Positions 12,886 through 25,132 are shown, counted from the whole stretch's first letter. The stretch is DNA of 62,981 nucleotides, filler included, from Rhabdomonas costata (GCA_019059605.1; 35 parts of 35 records of this genome joined end to end with filler, not necessarily neighbours in it), one strand, 5' to 3'. The notes: generated by a model from the sequence alone, not told the origin. Made by a program: numbers and translations.

Positions 12886-13256
12886 AGTAGTAAAGATGGG
12901 ACCAACTCTGGCTCCTCCTAGTCAGGAATGGATCCAGAGCCATGCGGGGAGAAAGATCTTGTGTTCGAGCTCCAGTCTGGAGAATCTCTCGGAGGGCGCG
13001 GTCCATTCTCTAGTTGGTGAGCGATAGGGGTGCCAGTAGTTGTCCCGGAAAGGTAGGCCCTCCGTTCTTTGAAGTAGTCAGGATGGTGGGATAGGGGAAT
13101 GACTCTGAAGAGCAAAGAGCACCCCCTTCAAAAAAGTGAAAGTGGTCTAGGTCCACCCCGTCTAAAGTTTCAAATTTTTTTTTTGCTATTTTGGGTTCGT
13201 TTAAGAACCTGTAAAAATGAACGGCGTAACGCGCGTTACAAAAAGACACTATTTTT

Positions 13257-13497
13257 AAGTAAAAATCGGAAGTACCAAAAATGTAACATCTAAAGATAAT
13301 ATGGATATTACAAAATTTTATTTATTCAATTTTTTAAAATTTTAAATAGATCAATCTCAATACATGTCATACGTAACGAATTATATCATACATATAAAAA
13401 GTTTATGGAATGATGTAGTGATTTACATCATTCCATAAACTTAATTATATTTCGAACAATTATTATTCAAGAACGGTTCGAAACACAAGCAAAGCTG
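13257..13497 (-). repeat. AT-rich intergenic module copy B
   Basis: TCAATTTT at 13326-13333. 19-bp perfect stem at 13399-13417 / 13424-13442. Second stem TTTCGAAC..GTTCGAAA at 13450-13483. Confidence 0.92.
13399..13442 (-). terminator. Palindromic hairpin, candidate giant-virus 3'-end/polyadenylation signal
   Basis: AAGTTTATGGAATGATGTA-gtgatt-TACATCATTCCATAAACTT lies ~95 nt downstream of the stop at 13536. Confidence 0.55.
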
Positions 13498-13535
13498 CGG
13501 ACAAGGTTATTCCGCGACCTAGGGCCCAGATTGGT

Positions 13536-13981
13536 TTACGTGGAAGGAGAGACAGTTTCGTGAGCGACAGGGGGAGTGCTATTTTCCTTTGCCTCCATGG
13601 CGTCACACAAGTCCCTCCACATCCACCTCATTGTTGCGTCGTCGGGTGGTATGTTATATATGCGCGCGATGCGCTCTTCTTCTGGTTCCAAGTCTAATTC
13701 GGATCCGCTGTCCTGCATTGGTTTACATGAAGGAAGGACGAATTCGTAAGCGACAGGAGGAGTGCTTTTTTTTGGGCGTCCTCGGCGTCGCAAAAATCCT
13801 TCCATAACTTTATTAGAGATGGGGGGAAAGGTGGAAGTAAGTTGTGGATGCGCTCGATGCGCTCTTCTTCTGGTTCCAAGTCTAATTCGGAACCGCTGTC
13901 CTTCATTGGTTTACATGAAGGAAGGACAATTTCGTGAGCGACAGGGGAAATTGGTCCGGTGGAGATCTGAGAAACATTCAT
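13536..13981 (-). pseudogene. Intronless small gene with ~2.3 copies of a 62-63 aa repeat and a 1-nt frameshift in an A8 run (13766-13773)
   Basis: PVAHEIVLPSCKPMKDSGSELDLEPEEERI.. and PVAYEFVLPSCKPMQDSGSELDLEPEEERI.. sit in different frames and are joined by adding one A. Repeat anchors at 13931, 13743 and 13557. Confidence 0.7.
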
Positions 13982-13991
13982 TTTCACAATT

Positions 13992-14231
13992 GTAAAAACC
14001 TGAATTACCCCCAAAAAATGTAACATCTAAAGACAATATGGATATTACAAAATTATATTTATTCAATTTTTAAAAATTAAATAGATCACTCTCAACTCAA
14101 CACATGTCATACGTAATGAATTTTATCATACACATAAAAAGTTTATGGAATGATGTAGTGATTTACATTAATAATTATATTTCGAACAATTATTATACAA
14201 GAACGGTTCGAAATATATAAAAGCAAAGCTG
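13992..14231 (-). repeat. AT-rich intergenic module copy C (one hairpin arm partly deleted)
   Basis: TCAATTTT at 14063-14070. The right arm of the palindrome is truncated after TACAT at ~14168. Confidence 0.9.
14063..14070 (-). promoter_or_regulatory. AAAATTGA, Mimiviridae-type early promoter motif
   Basis: Exact octamer ~82 nt upstream of the ATG at 13981, conserved in all three modules. Confidence 0.55.
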
Positions 14232-14422
14232 CGGACAAGTTGTCCTCCGCAAAGTAGTCTTCAAGAAGCACGCCCAGTACATCAGGACAAAAAGTCATAC
14301 TCGTCTTCTTCCACACCCCCCCNNNNNNNNNNNNNNNNNNNNNNNNNNNNNNNNNNNNNNNNNNNNTTAATTAATTAANNNNNNNNNNNNNNNNNNNNNN
14401 NNNNNNNNNNNNNNNNNNNNNN

Positions 14423-16097
14423 GTGGGGGGGTCTTCCCGTCCCAGCTGCGGGGGTCCACGTCGGCGTTTAACTCGAGGAGATTCAGCCCTAGCTGGGTGT
14501 GGCGACCCCTGACCGTGTACAGCAGAGGAGTCACCTTGGAGTTGTTTTTGGCGTTGATGTCCCCTCCCATCTCCAGAATCTTCAGGCACACCTCCGTGTG
14601 GCCTCCAGCAGCGGCGTGCAACGCCGGTGTGTTTCCGTCCCCGTCCTTTGCGTAGACACTGGCGTTCAGCTCCAGCATCCTCAGGCACACCTCAGTGAGC
14701 CCGTTGGAGATGGCTGACATCAGCGGCGTCCTGCCAGACCTCTCCTTGGCGTTGACGTCAGCGTTCAACTCGAGAAGCTTCATGCACATCTCCGTCTGGC
14801 CCATCTGCGCCGCACAGGCCAAAAGGGTTTCTCCATGCTCCCCCTGGGCGTTCACGTCGGCCTTCATCTCCAGCATTTTCAGGCAGACCTCGGTTAGGCT
14901 CTTCTCGATTGCGTACATCACAGAGGTTTTCTTCGTCCTATCCATGGCACGGACGTCCGCCCGAAGCTCCAGTAGCTTCAGGCAAATTCCGGTGTGGCCC
15001 TTGCGGGCTGCATTGATCAGCGGGGTCTCCGCGGAGCTGTTCCTGGCATTGATGTCAGCGTTGCACGCCGTCAACCTTTCGCAGGTTTCCACGTGACCCT
15101 TCTGCGCCGCATACATCACCGGGGTATCCCCAAACGCGTCCGTGGCGTTAACATCCGCGTTCAGCTCAACCAGCCGCAGACAGACCGCGGTGTGCCCGTT
15201 CCAGGCGGCAAACATCATAGCAGACGCGCCAAACCTATCAACCACGTGGACGTTGGCGTTCAGCGAGACCAACGTCACGCATATTTGGGCCAAGCCCCTT
15301 TGGGCAGCGTACATAACAGGGGTCTCCAACGACTGATTCGTACTACAGGGGTCGGCATTTAGCTCCAGCAACTTCAGGCAGACGTCGGGGAGTCCCGCGC
15401 CAGCGGCGTACATCAGCGGGGATACCCCGGTACTGTCCATAGCGCGAACGCTGGCGTTAAGTTCCAAAAGTTTCAGAGAGACGTCGCCGAGACCACTCTG
15501 TGCGGCATACTTGAGGTGGGTCTTTCCAGAAAGGTCTTCCGCGTTGACTTCGGCGTTGAGCTGGAGCAGTTTCAGGCAGACCTCGCCTAGACCGTTGGTG
15601 GCAGCAAACATGAAAGGTGTCCGCCCCAAGCCGTCCTTCGCGTTGACTTCGGCATTGATGTCAAGAAGCTTCATGCAAACCGGAGTGAGGCCCGCACCGG
15701 CAGCGTACATCAAAGGAGTAACCAGGGAGTTGTCTTTAATCCCAACATCCGCCTTTTGTTCGACCATCTTTAGACAGACCTCTGTCAGGCCACTCATAGC
15801 GGCGTGCATCACAGGAGTTCTCCCCGAGCTGTCCTTCAAGTTGACTTCAGCGTCCAGCTCGAGCAGCCTCAAACAAACCTCCGCGAGGCCCTTCTTAGTG
15901 GCATATTCCATCGCGGTCATGTCGAGCTCGTCCTTCAGATTCGGGTCGCACGGCTCCATCATAAGATGCATGACTCTAGGAAGGTTGTCCTCCTTGAGAG
16001 CTTGAACCAACGCCTCCCCATTGATTGCACGCTGAGCCAGTTGATTGGCAGCGCCCTCCTGGGCCTCCTCCTCGGTGACCTCCGCCAGTTCAAAAAC
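14423..16097 (-). CDS. Ankyrin-repeat protein (~16 repeats of 33 aa), single long exon, truncated
   Basis: G.TPLMYAA..G..EVCLKLLELNADVNAKD recurs every 33 aa. TTTAG acceptor at 16098. Confidence 0.95.
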
Positions 16098-16836
16098 CTA
16101 AACCGCAGAAGCCCAAGGCTGTGTNNNNNNNNNNNNNNNNNNNNNNNNNNNNNNNNNNNNNNNNNNNNTTAATTAATTAANNNNNNNNNNNNNNNNNNNN
16201 NNNNNNNNNNNNNNNNNNNNNNNNGGGGTTGGGTACTGAAGGAAACCACGTTCACCACCGTCTTCTCGGAACTAGTGAGTGAAACCTGCGGCACCCTCGG
16301 CTAATTCAACCTCAACCTCACCTGCACCATCTCTGCGTCTGGTGCGAACCTGGTTTCCTTCAGTACCGCACCCCCGAGTTTGGCTGAACTTGCTTTCGAG
16401 TCGACCAGCGGTAAACGGCCTGCTACACAGTACCCGCGCTAATGCTGTCTCTTCCAAGTCTTGCCTATGCTCTGGGTTCACGTCTTGACTTTGCGCTTGC
16501 ACCTAATCGAAGTCCGAGCGTGTACGCGACCCATCCAGTGTTGACTGACTCGATGCTCGATGGGTCTGAACTGGAGTTGTCTTTCCACTGCTTAGCTCTT
16601 ATTCCAGGTCACATTCTTCATCACTTTCTTTGACCGCAGACTTGCTCGCCACACAACATTCCTCCTTGTATTTCTGGCCTACAGCTTGATCCAAAAACCA
16701 CGGCAAGGCCAAATTGCCCCACAATCTCCTTCTTGCTCGACTGAAAGCAACCTTGCAACACTCTCGGGCACAAATTCTCGGTCAATATTCTTGGGCTCAA
16801 TGTCGCGTGTTGGAGTCGCCCCCCTTCCAACCCTCT

Positions 16837-17361
16837 TCAGTTTGGGTTTTCCTTCTTGACAGGGACAGTTATCCCGCCCTGAAACTGTGTACTTCTTGAC
16901 AATGTCTTTGGTGCGTACTGCCCAGCTCTCGACCTAAATTCCTGGCAATCCTTAATTAAATGGCCTGGTGACCCGCAATAAAAACACCTCAGCGCCCCCC
17001 GTTGCACAGCGTCGTCCAAGGGTACTTGTGCAAACGGGCTTCTCCCTTCCAACCTAATGGTATTTGTTGTCGCCGGTGATCTCGGCGAGTTAGACATCTG
17101 TCCCACCACCGGTCTACTCCCTACTCTTGGTCTGTATCTAACCGGTAAAACGGTTCTGGTAAATCCTCCTCTTCCTCTACTCAAAAATATTCCCCCCCTG
17201 TGGTAGACTCTGGCCGTTGGAGATGGGGGTCTAGGTGACGGGGTCCTAACTGCGTTGGCTTGCGCCTCTCCACGCTCCACAAACAGCACCCCTCTGGGCG
17301 GCGACTCGATAGCCCCCAGCAACGTTACTGACGTCGTGGCGTCCCAAGCCCGACATCCCAC
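16837..17361 (-). mobile_element. Degenerate gag-like ORF with a CCHC zinc knuckle (probable LTR retrotransposon remnant)
   Basis: CFYCGSPGHLIKDC fits CX2CX4HX4C and is preceded by RGRGGF. Intronless; flanking frames are broken by stops. Confidence 0.6.
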
Positions 17362-19123
17362 TCAGTCCTCTTGAGCTAGCCTTGACCACCACCGCACTCT
17401 ATGAACCTTGTGATTGAATTTCAGCGGTTGGATGGTCAAAGTACCGCGCACCTCCAAAAGGCGAGTTGACAAATCTCAATAAATACAGCTACATTATGGT
17501 CGGTTTCGCTGTCGCTGTCTCTGATCACGGCGCGACAACAATGACCTTGGGTGGAGCTCTGGGTTTCCTGTGGAACTCCCAGGCTGCGTCAACGTTTTCC
17601 TGCAAACTAAAAGCTTTTTCGTCATCAGCTCTGCTTGCATGTCTGTCTCCAACACTTGAATGAAAAGGTAACTCAAGTGCAAGTCATGAACAAAAGGACA
17701 ACCTCTCAGTAGCTTGGCTCCCAGTGTGAACTGGGATACAAAAAATGAACGTTTCCATCAACTCTCAGCTTATTCTATCTCCACAAAATGTTGTTATTCA
17801 AAAGTGTACAAACAGAACCTAGTCTTCAAGTAAGCTACAAAGGAGTCACACGTCTCAAACGTCTGAGCGTCCCCCACTGTGCCTCTGGTGTGCGGCACCA
17901 TTGCTCCGACTTCAAAGGTGATTGCAANNNNNNNNNNNNNNNNNNNNNNNNNNNNNNNNNNNNNNNNNNNNTTAATTAATTAANNNNNNNNNNNNNNNNN
18001 NNNNNNNNNNNNNNNNNNNNNNNNNNNGGGGGTGTGTGGGGGTGCGAAAGTTGTTAATTACTCTTTCTTTTTTTTTTTTTTCGCATTTCCGGCAGGTATA
18101 TATTTTATGCTGAAATTGCCTATTTTGAATGAAGATTTGCTTGCTCCCGGTGTTTATTGGCGGTTCAGCAGTGTCCAGGCTTCCTCTAATGCCTTTACAT
18201 ACTTCAGAGCACGTGAGTCGCACAGTTGAGTAACCTTACAGTTTACTGGGTAAAAATGGAAAAAAAAAGAGTGTGTCCATTTGACCGAAATGTTTGTCCA
18301 CCAACGCGAAGGGTGGCACAAAGTTGAGAGGTCGGAGAAAGGCTGTGTTCAAGTGAAGAGAGCCCATCGGGCATTTGAACAAAACCTGATCGAAAGAAGA
18401 AAGGGCACCGTAAACCTAAATAAAACTGAGAGGAAAGATAAGAAAAAAAGTTACGCAAAAAAAAAGATAAGCGGTGCCTCTTTGTGTATGTTTTCCTTGT
18501 AGACCAGAGGCGAAATTGAAGCCAAGGGCACGTGTTCAGTCGTTAGACTACAGCTTCGCCGGACTTGGAGAAGCCCCTGCAGCCCACACATACTCATAAA
18601 AGAGCTGTTTCTGTCAGCTTGAAGCAATTCGGTACAATGCTGGTGTCCACCCACCAAAATGGGTCATTCTTGCCATCACCACATCACCACCCTTCTCATA
18701 CTTCACCCAGGTTCGCTCCCAGAGTTAAAAAAACAGATAAGTGGAAGAAACAAGCAAATTTTCTTTTTTCTTTTTCACTTTTCTTTTTTTCCTCTGCCGT
18801 AGTTGGGGCCCAACGAAGGGGGGAGGGACGGATATGTGGAAGAGGAAAGTAAACCGGCCGCACGTGATGCTTTTGCTGCAATGTATGTTGTCATGTGCAG
18901 GTTTGCTTCAACTCCCCTTTTGATCTTTGTTTCGGGTTAGACGATTGCAACCTCCTCAGAAAAAGTACGAGGAGAACTTGAATTTTTTCTTTTTGCTAAT
19001 TCGTAATGTTCTTGAAACCGACCTCGGATCAGGTCTAAGGTGAGGTAGGTATGAGTCGCATTAGTTTATGCAACTGTTGTATTTCCTGCCTGTCATGTTC
19101 TTGCTTCTCTTGGCACCACACAG

Positions 19124-19268
19124 CTTCATCAACCGCAACGCCATCTCCACCACCTCGGGCGCCCGCTCTGCAGAGCTCCTGGCGAAGCACTGCCACCAGA
19201 TCCTCAAGCCCAGCTCGAAGATGTCGAAGTCATTGACCGACCAGGAGCTGGATGCCCGGATCTCTCGG
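19124..19268 (+). CDS. Cullin (CUL1-like) internal exon
   Basis: FINRN..RSAELLAKHCHQILKPSSK..DQELDARISR matches the cullin FIN.N..SPELLAKY.D.LLK motif. Bounded by AG and GT. Confidence 0.8.
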
Positions 19269-19826
19269 GTACGTCTGACCTTGCGTTTGTGGGTTATTGC
19301 TTGTCTGTCAACAGAAAGTTGGAGCACAGTTGGGGCACAGTAGGGTGCCCGGCCGACGAAAAAGACCTTGCTGAAGCACAAGACAGAGAGCCTTGAGGAC
19401 ACCCACGACTGTCGAGACAGGCTGAGAGGCTGCAGAAAAGGACTCGACAAGACCCAGAAGAACACCCCGTGAAGGAGTTCAGGGAGCGATGCAGTCCAGA
19501 ACAGCGGCAAACGACGGGTTCCGGGAAAATTCCCGTAGACATTTGACCGACCGTGGAAACAAGCGTCGACTACCAATCCTGGGCCTTTTCAGGGTCACGG
19601 CCAGCGCTCAAGCTCTCAGACCGAGGTCCTGAGTGTGTCCAAGGAGGGTACCCAGGAGTTTGCCTGAGACAGACCTCATCAATGCACCTCTAAGGGCCTT
19701 TTAAGGTCGTTTTTAAACCACACACCNNNNNNNNNNNNNNNNNNNNNNNNNNNNNNNNNNNNNNNNNNNNTTAATTAATTAANNNNNNNNNNNNNNNNNN
19801 NNNNNNNNNNNNNNNNNNNNNNNNNN

Positions 19827-20770
19827 GGGTGGTGGTTGCTGCGATGTCAAGCTGAGTATGTTGCTTCTTGTGTTTCTTTGCGTAGGGTGTGTTTGGGTTC
19901 TGAGGTTCGTGTTTTGGGGTTCGTGGTGTTGGGGTCAGGATGTCGGGATGTTGGGTGTGTCGATGCATGGCTGTAGTTCGGTGTGATGTTGTGAGGGTTG
20001 AGGGCCAAGGTGTGAGGTTGAGGGTGTGTTTGTCAACGAATCGAGGGTTTGAGAGTGAGCGTAAGGTCTCAGGGTGCATGGCTGTAGTAGGGTGTCTAGG
20101 GGAATAGAGTGTAGGCATCGTGCTGACAACCCCTCCTACCAGCTGTGAGAATGAGCCCTTGGGGTGTGAGACGCGAAGGGAGAGGTGAAGTGAGGCCTTG
20201 ACGTGAGAAGTGATGCTGAGGTGAGAAGTGAACCCTTACCTGAGGTGTTACTCCGACGCACTACCACCCTCGCCTTGCAGACACTTACCACTCTCTACTA
20301 CGCATGGCTCGCTGACGCACCCATGCTTCGTTCCTTCTACCCTCTATGCATTCTTGGGTGAGAGGGGTATTTTGTGTTCTCTGCCGGTCGTGAGATCCCT
20401 TCACTACGTTCCGGTCTCTCACTCCCTAAGGGCATGATGGTTCACTCGTTCCCCGGTACCCGGTCCACTCGTTCACTTTACCCTGAGGGTATTCTGCATG
20501 GCTTCGCCCGGTCGGATCGAACGGAAGCCCCTTATGGGGGTGGAGTGAGAGGAGAGACACGTATAGATGATGTAAGAGGAGGAACGTAGCCGCCTTATGG
20601 CGGTGGAGTGGAGGGAAGTGACAGGTGGGGTTAACGTAGGATGACCGACCGTAAGCACCTTATGGTGGTGTAGGGAGGGAGTAGACACGTATAGGTGAAG
20701 AGAAGGGAGGCATTCGAGGGACCGAGAATGCTGACAGTGGAGTATACTGCTGGTCGTGATGCCTCGCTAC
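19827..20770 (-). repeat. Member 1 of the motif-shuffled dispersed family (possibly mitochondrial-derived)
   Basis: The reverse complement shares TCCGACCGGGCG[A/T]AGCCATGCAG (20494-20516), CTCGGTCCCTCGA (20714-20726), TCACGACCAGCA (20748-20759) and a C/A-rich tail with 54063-55776 and 56550-57577. Confidence 0.8.
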
Positions 20771-22083
20771 GCTCGTCATCACTCCCTAAATGCGTTGTTC
20801 AGTCGCTCTGTGGAAACGCATCTCATTGACGCCCGTCGGCGCTGCCTCCCATCACTGGATCTCCCCGAAGCTTCGCCACGGGCCGGCATTTCGCACCGAG
20901 GGACTTCCCTGGCTCCTGTGGATCCACGTTCCATGCTGGAGTGTGCCGGGTTACGGGATTGCGTGGACCTCATGCCTTCGTTCACATACGTACTAGATGG
21001 CGTCCGGACCTTTTCGCACGGAATCATTGGAACATCGAGGACAGGCAAAGCGGATCTCCTTGCCATACTAGGCAAAGCTGTGGAGGCCTCCGCGAGGATT
21101 TAGGTATTGGTCCCGCTACATGATCAACATTCCCTGGTTTTCACCCAACTCACCCAGCTCACTCCAATTCAATTGATCGATGGAATGAGGCAAAGGGAAA
21201 GTCAACCCTGCCAATGGTGCTGTGGACAGGGAACAAGCATGCACCAATGCAAGTAAAGGTCCAACAGACGACCTCTTCATATGTTGTTATGGGGTGCAGA
21301 GAATGGGCGAAATGGGTGAAGAAGAAAGGGAGAGAAACGCCTATGCCCACGTAAGGTGGACGAATAGTAGAGATGTCCCCAGTCATACAAGGTGCGCCGC
21401 CTTTGACGCTCGCACGGAGGCCCATACATTCTGTTGAGGGACTGATTCATCGATTTGTATACAGCTTTGTGCGAATAACTACTAATTGCTTCTTTCTAGC
21501 CAATGCCGTTCTAACGGAAACCCAAAACCNNNNNNNNNNNNNNNNNNNNNNNNNNNNNNNNNNNNNNNNNNNNTTAATTAATTAANNNNNNNNNNNNNNN
21601 NNNNNNNNNNNNNNNNNNNNNNNNNNNNNGGGGGGTGAGTGAGAGTGAGTGAGAGTGGGGGCAACGATGTAAAGACTTTTTCAGGCATGTTGTGGGGTAC
21701 ACCTGAATCCACGAGTCGACGTAATCCTCGGCAAATATGCAGTTGCGAAATAACCTGAAAAGCTTCTCCCTCGAAAATCCGATGCCGGCAATATCGCCCC
21801 AGGCTATGAGTGAAGTGTGCCTTGAATTTTTTTTGCGGGGGAGGGGGGATGCCCTCTTTTTTTTTTGTTTTAGTGTGCTCAGCATTCTCCTGGCTTTAAG
21901 GTGCAGTGCTCGGTTGCTGTAGTGTTCAAGGAACATTCACGGGGCCTATATGTTCTTGAAAACCACAGCGTATCCTTCTTGATCGATGATCAATTCGCGC
22001 GTGTATATTCGTAGCATCCCAACGAAAGCAGGTTTTCCACGACCGACCCTCCCATCGTCGTCAATGCCTTTTGGTTTTTGCAG

Positions 22084-22956
22084 GTGTCCAGAGTGCAACA
22101 CCCTTCTTCGAGAATGTCTGCGGCGCCATGTGCAGGTAGAATGGTTTTGCGCAAAGACGAATTTTCTCTCCGGTGTTCAGAAATGAAGTGTTATATGGGC
22201 TTGCACCAGGATGCTGTGATGTCTAGCAAGCCGAACGTTAGCCCCGTAACAATTGTTACTGAGAAGGGAGTTCACCCAATGTTTCTGACGATGTAAGATG
22301 ACATACATTATTTGTAAGAATAAATGCAGACTGTGACTCGCTATGGAAAAAGAGTGCTGTTTTCTGCGTGCCGCACCCTTTCTTTATCCTTTGGCTTTGT
22401 TAGAAATCAGATATTCGCCTTCCCTGGCACTGTTGAACAGGAGAACGAAGGCTGGCGATGGGGCTGTGCCCTTTTTGTTTGATTAAACCCCCTCTACAGT
22501 CACAGCCCCCTGAAGTCAAATCAGTTGTTGCGCACTAGCGCAATTTTCAGTGATTCCTCACAAAGACATAAAAACAATCAGCCTGTGCATCTTTGTCTTC
22601 CTTGGGCCGAAGTGCAACGCACCCGATCTTAAATTCTTGCACTCTAGCATGTGCGTTGGCATAGCTGGGATGTGACGCTTGCTTTCGAGTTTGCGCTGTC
22701 TTTGTCTTTTTGTGTGTTTTGGGGTTGAAATGACCCACAAAACGAAGTCGGCGTTATTGGTGCGGGTATGGGTCCGTTCATTCTCATCGGCCCGCTCCGT
22801 TGACATGTGTGTGCGGTTCTCGTGCAGATGCCCGGGCGTCTGGATCCCTCCGTAGTCGCGTTTTACAACGACTTCTGGTTTTGCAGCTCGTGTGACAACT
22901 ACTGCTATGGGCTAAAAGATAAGCTGCATCGGGTGTGTGCGGCTTTGCGGGTTTGA
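22084..22956 (+). CDS. Mut7-C RNase-like domain, C-terminal zinc ribbon (exons 22084-22135, 22828-22956)
   Basis: RCPECNTLL...|..LDPSVVAFYNDFWFCSSCDNYCYG resembles the Mut7-C pattern RCxxCN..VP..V..FWxCxxC..YW.G. Confidence 0.55.
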
Positions 22957-24053
22957 CGAGATGTAAAAGCGGGAACAGCTAGCCCAATATCATGCAGCCG
23001 CTTTGGCCACTATCGACGAACACGCCTGAGCAAAAATGTGTTGACCCGCTATAGCCCGCTCGGCGGAAGCCACGCGTTTGCGGGACAGAGAGACGGGTGA
23101 GAGAAAAAGAAACTGATTTAACCCTGCAAATACTTTCCTGTTTACCTCTCCCAATCAGCTGCAGTTAGTCGCAGACCCCGGCCCCTTGCCGCAGACTTTG
23201 GACTATTTTTCTCCTTTCTCCTCTTCTCCTTCTCCTTCCGCGACTTTTCCAGACGACTCCTGTCAAGGTAGCCAACACTCTGGAAGTTGGTACTTTCCCC
23301 CCATACATTCGAATGCTGCGTTTTCAAGCCNNNNNNNNNNNNNNNNNNNNNNNNNNNNNNNNNNNNNNNNNNNNTTAATTAATTAANNNNNNNNNNNNNN
23401 NNNNNNNNNNNNNNNNNNNNNNNNNNNNNNAGGGTGTGTTGGTCCTCTTTCTCTTCTCTGTACCTGTGTACATATGCAATCATTCTTCCTTCCGTTGTGG
23501 ATAAGTCCAATTTCCAATTTTTCTGCCGGTCGCCTTCTTCCCGACACCTGTCATCACATACCGTTCCCTTTCGCAGCCCGGGTAACCACCCCCGCTGAAC
23601 CCTGGTGATGTGCTGGATGGGGCTGGCGTCCACCATGAAATCCTTTGCAAATCGATCCGTCCCAAAACGTTTACCGGCATCGAACGTGAAGCCGCCCTGC
23701 GGGTACCAGTACCACGGCAGCACACGACAAAAGATGACCGCTTCACCCTTGTTTTGCAGCGATATGACGAAATAAATTCAAGACGAACTGGCAAAACCTC
23801 CGATGCATTAGTTTTTCTTCTTCGCAACTTTATTATTGGTGAACGAATAGATCCACGTGTTCAACTACACTGTTCAGTTGACTACAGAACACAATCAAAA
23901 TCGTTGCACTCAGCTGTACGTTGGTAAATACAAAGACCGATCTCCAGGTTGGCAAAATGACGATGTCCGGCTGAGCGCACTGGGTGAAGTGCACCCGAGC
24001 GCAAGTGGAATGTCATGCAGCGGCCCAGAGAGAGTTCGCATCGGTGCCATGCT

Positions 24054-25132
24054 TCAGCCTCCTCCAGAAAACCCTGCAAGAAGAACTTTGATGAACTTCC
24101 CCACGTTGCAAAACTCGGCCACGATGGCCTCGTAGGCGATGAGAATGATGATGTACCATTCTCGCCGGATTGCGCCATGGTGCTGCAAATAAGATCAGAG
24201 AGCGTGCAAAAAGTCAGTCAAGTCGAAAAATAGGAGCTTCCCAGCACCCAAGCCGAAATGTCAATGAATGTCCAGCGTCTAAGGTCCTCCACACATGAAC
24301 CGCCGCACAAAAAAAGATGAGGCAGGCAAAAAAAAAGAGGGAAATGGGATGGGATGCGTGCGTGCTAACATACTAACATTGTATTGGGAGACCGAAATGC
24401 CAAAGTGGTGAAGGCCCGGTACTCCAAACCAAAGTACTTCTGATGGGATTCAGGGTCAACTACGTGTTGGAGGAGGTCGTGTGATTCACACTTCATGGAA
24501 AAAAATACAGGACATATCAATATGTGTAGGTTGGGTGGCACCTCCCTCTCGGCATGCTGGGTGGCCTTCTCCTGCAGCAGGCTTTGGAGCTGATGGCTCA
24601 CAAAGCCGATCTGCTCTGTTAGGTGCTCCGAGCGTTTGACGACATCCAGGTAGCCACGTGTGGTGTCCAGGATGTCCTCTGTCCACATTAAAGAGAAAGG
24701 GGGTACGTGAGAGCAGAAAGTCCGCTGGCTCGCAAACATGTCTACGCGCAACCCAAACGCACATATGTGCACATGCTCACAGCGACACCTCTCCCCTGAA
24801 TAACACTGTGAAGTGAGACCTCAACCGACAGAGCGAGCTTGGGAAAAAGCCTAGCACCCCCCCCCCCAGCAATGGTATGACGCAACCTCATGGAGCCAGT
24901 GGTCTCTCAACCATCTTTGTTGGAGGCTGGCACGTCCGCTTTTACGAGAACCACAAAACTACCTCCTGTACGCCCCAACACATGCACAGCTTGGGAAGTG
25001 AACTGTCACAAGCAATTTTCCCACAAAGCACGTGATGATGTATGATCTGAGTACCCAAGTCATCCTCGTCCCAGAACAGGTCATGGACATTCTTGATGTC
25101 CCCGTCGACGTTGACCTCCCTCTTGATGGCCT
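24054..25132 (-). CDS. DUF155 / RMD1-RMND1 family protein, C-terminal exons (~25055-25132, 24542-24678, 24054-24182)
   Basis: HDLFWDEDDL|EDILDTTRGYLDVVKRSEHL..|HHGAIRREWYIIILIAYE matches the family pattern FW..LE..YLDI..R..L..H..RLEWIIIILI..E. Confidence 0.8.

Noticed and set aside
12631-14231. CRISPR interpretation of the repeat/variable array
   Set aside because: Repeats (~250 bp) and spacers (370-490 bp) are about ten times too long, and there are no cas genes.
14695-16005. Long plus-strand ORFs over the ankyrin gene, and similar antisense ORFs over other GC-rich exons
   Set aside because: These are shadow ORFs caused by codon bias on the coding strand.
18028-18045. G/T-rich contig starts and C/A-rich contig ends resembling telomeric or minicircle GGGGTTGGTGTA sequence
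   Set aside because: Non-periodic, present on most contigs and often interrupting exons; most likely low-quality read tails.
21020-21062. Walker-A-like GIIGTSRTGKADLL
   Set aside because: It lacks S/T after GK and the frame stops 16 codons later with no Walker B.
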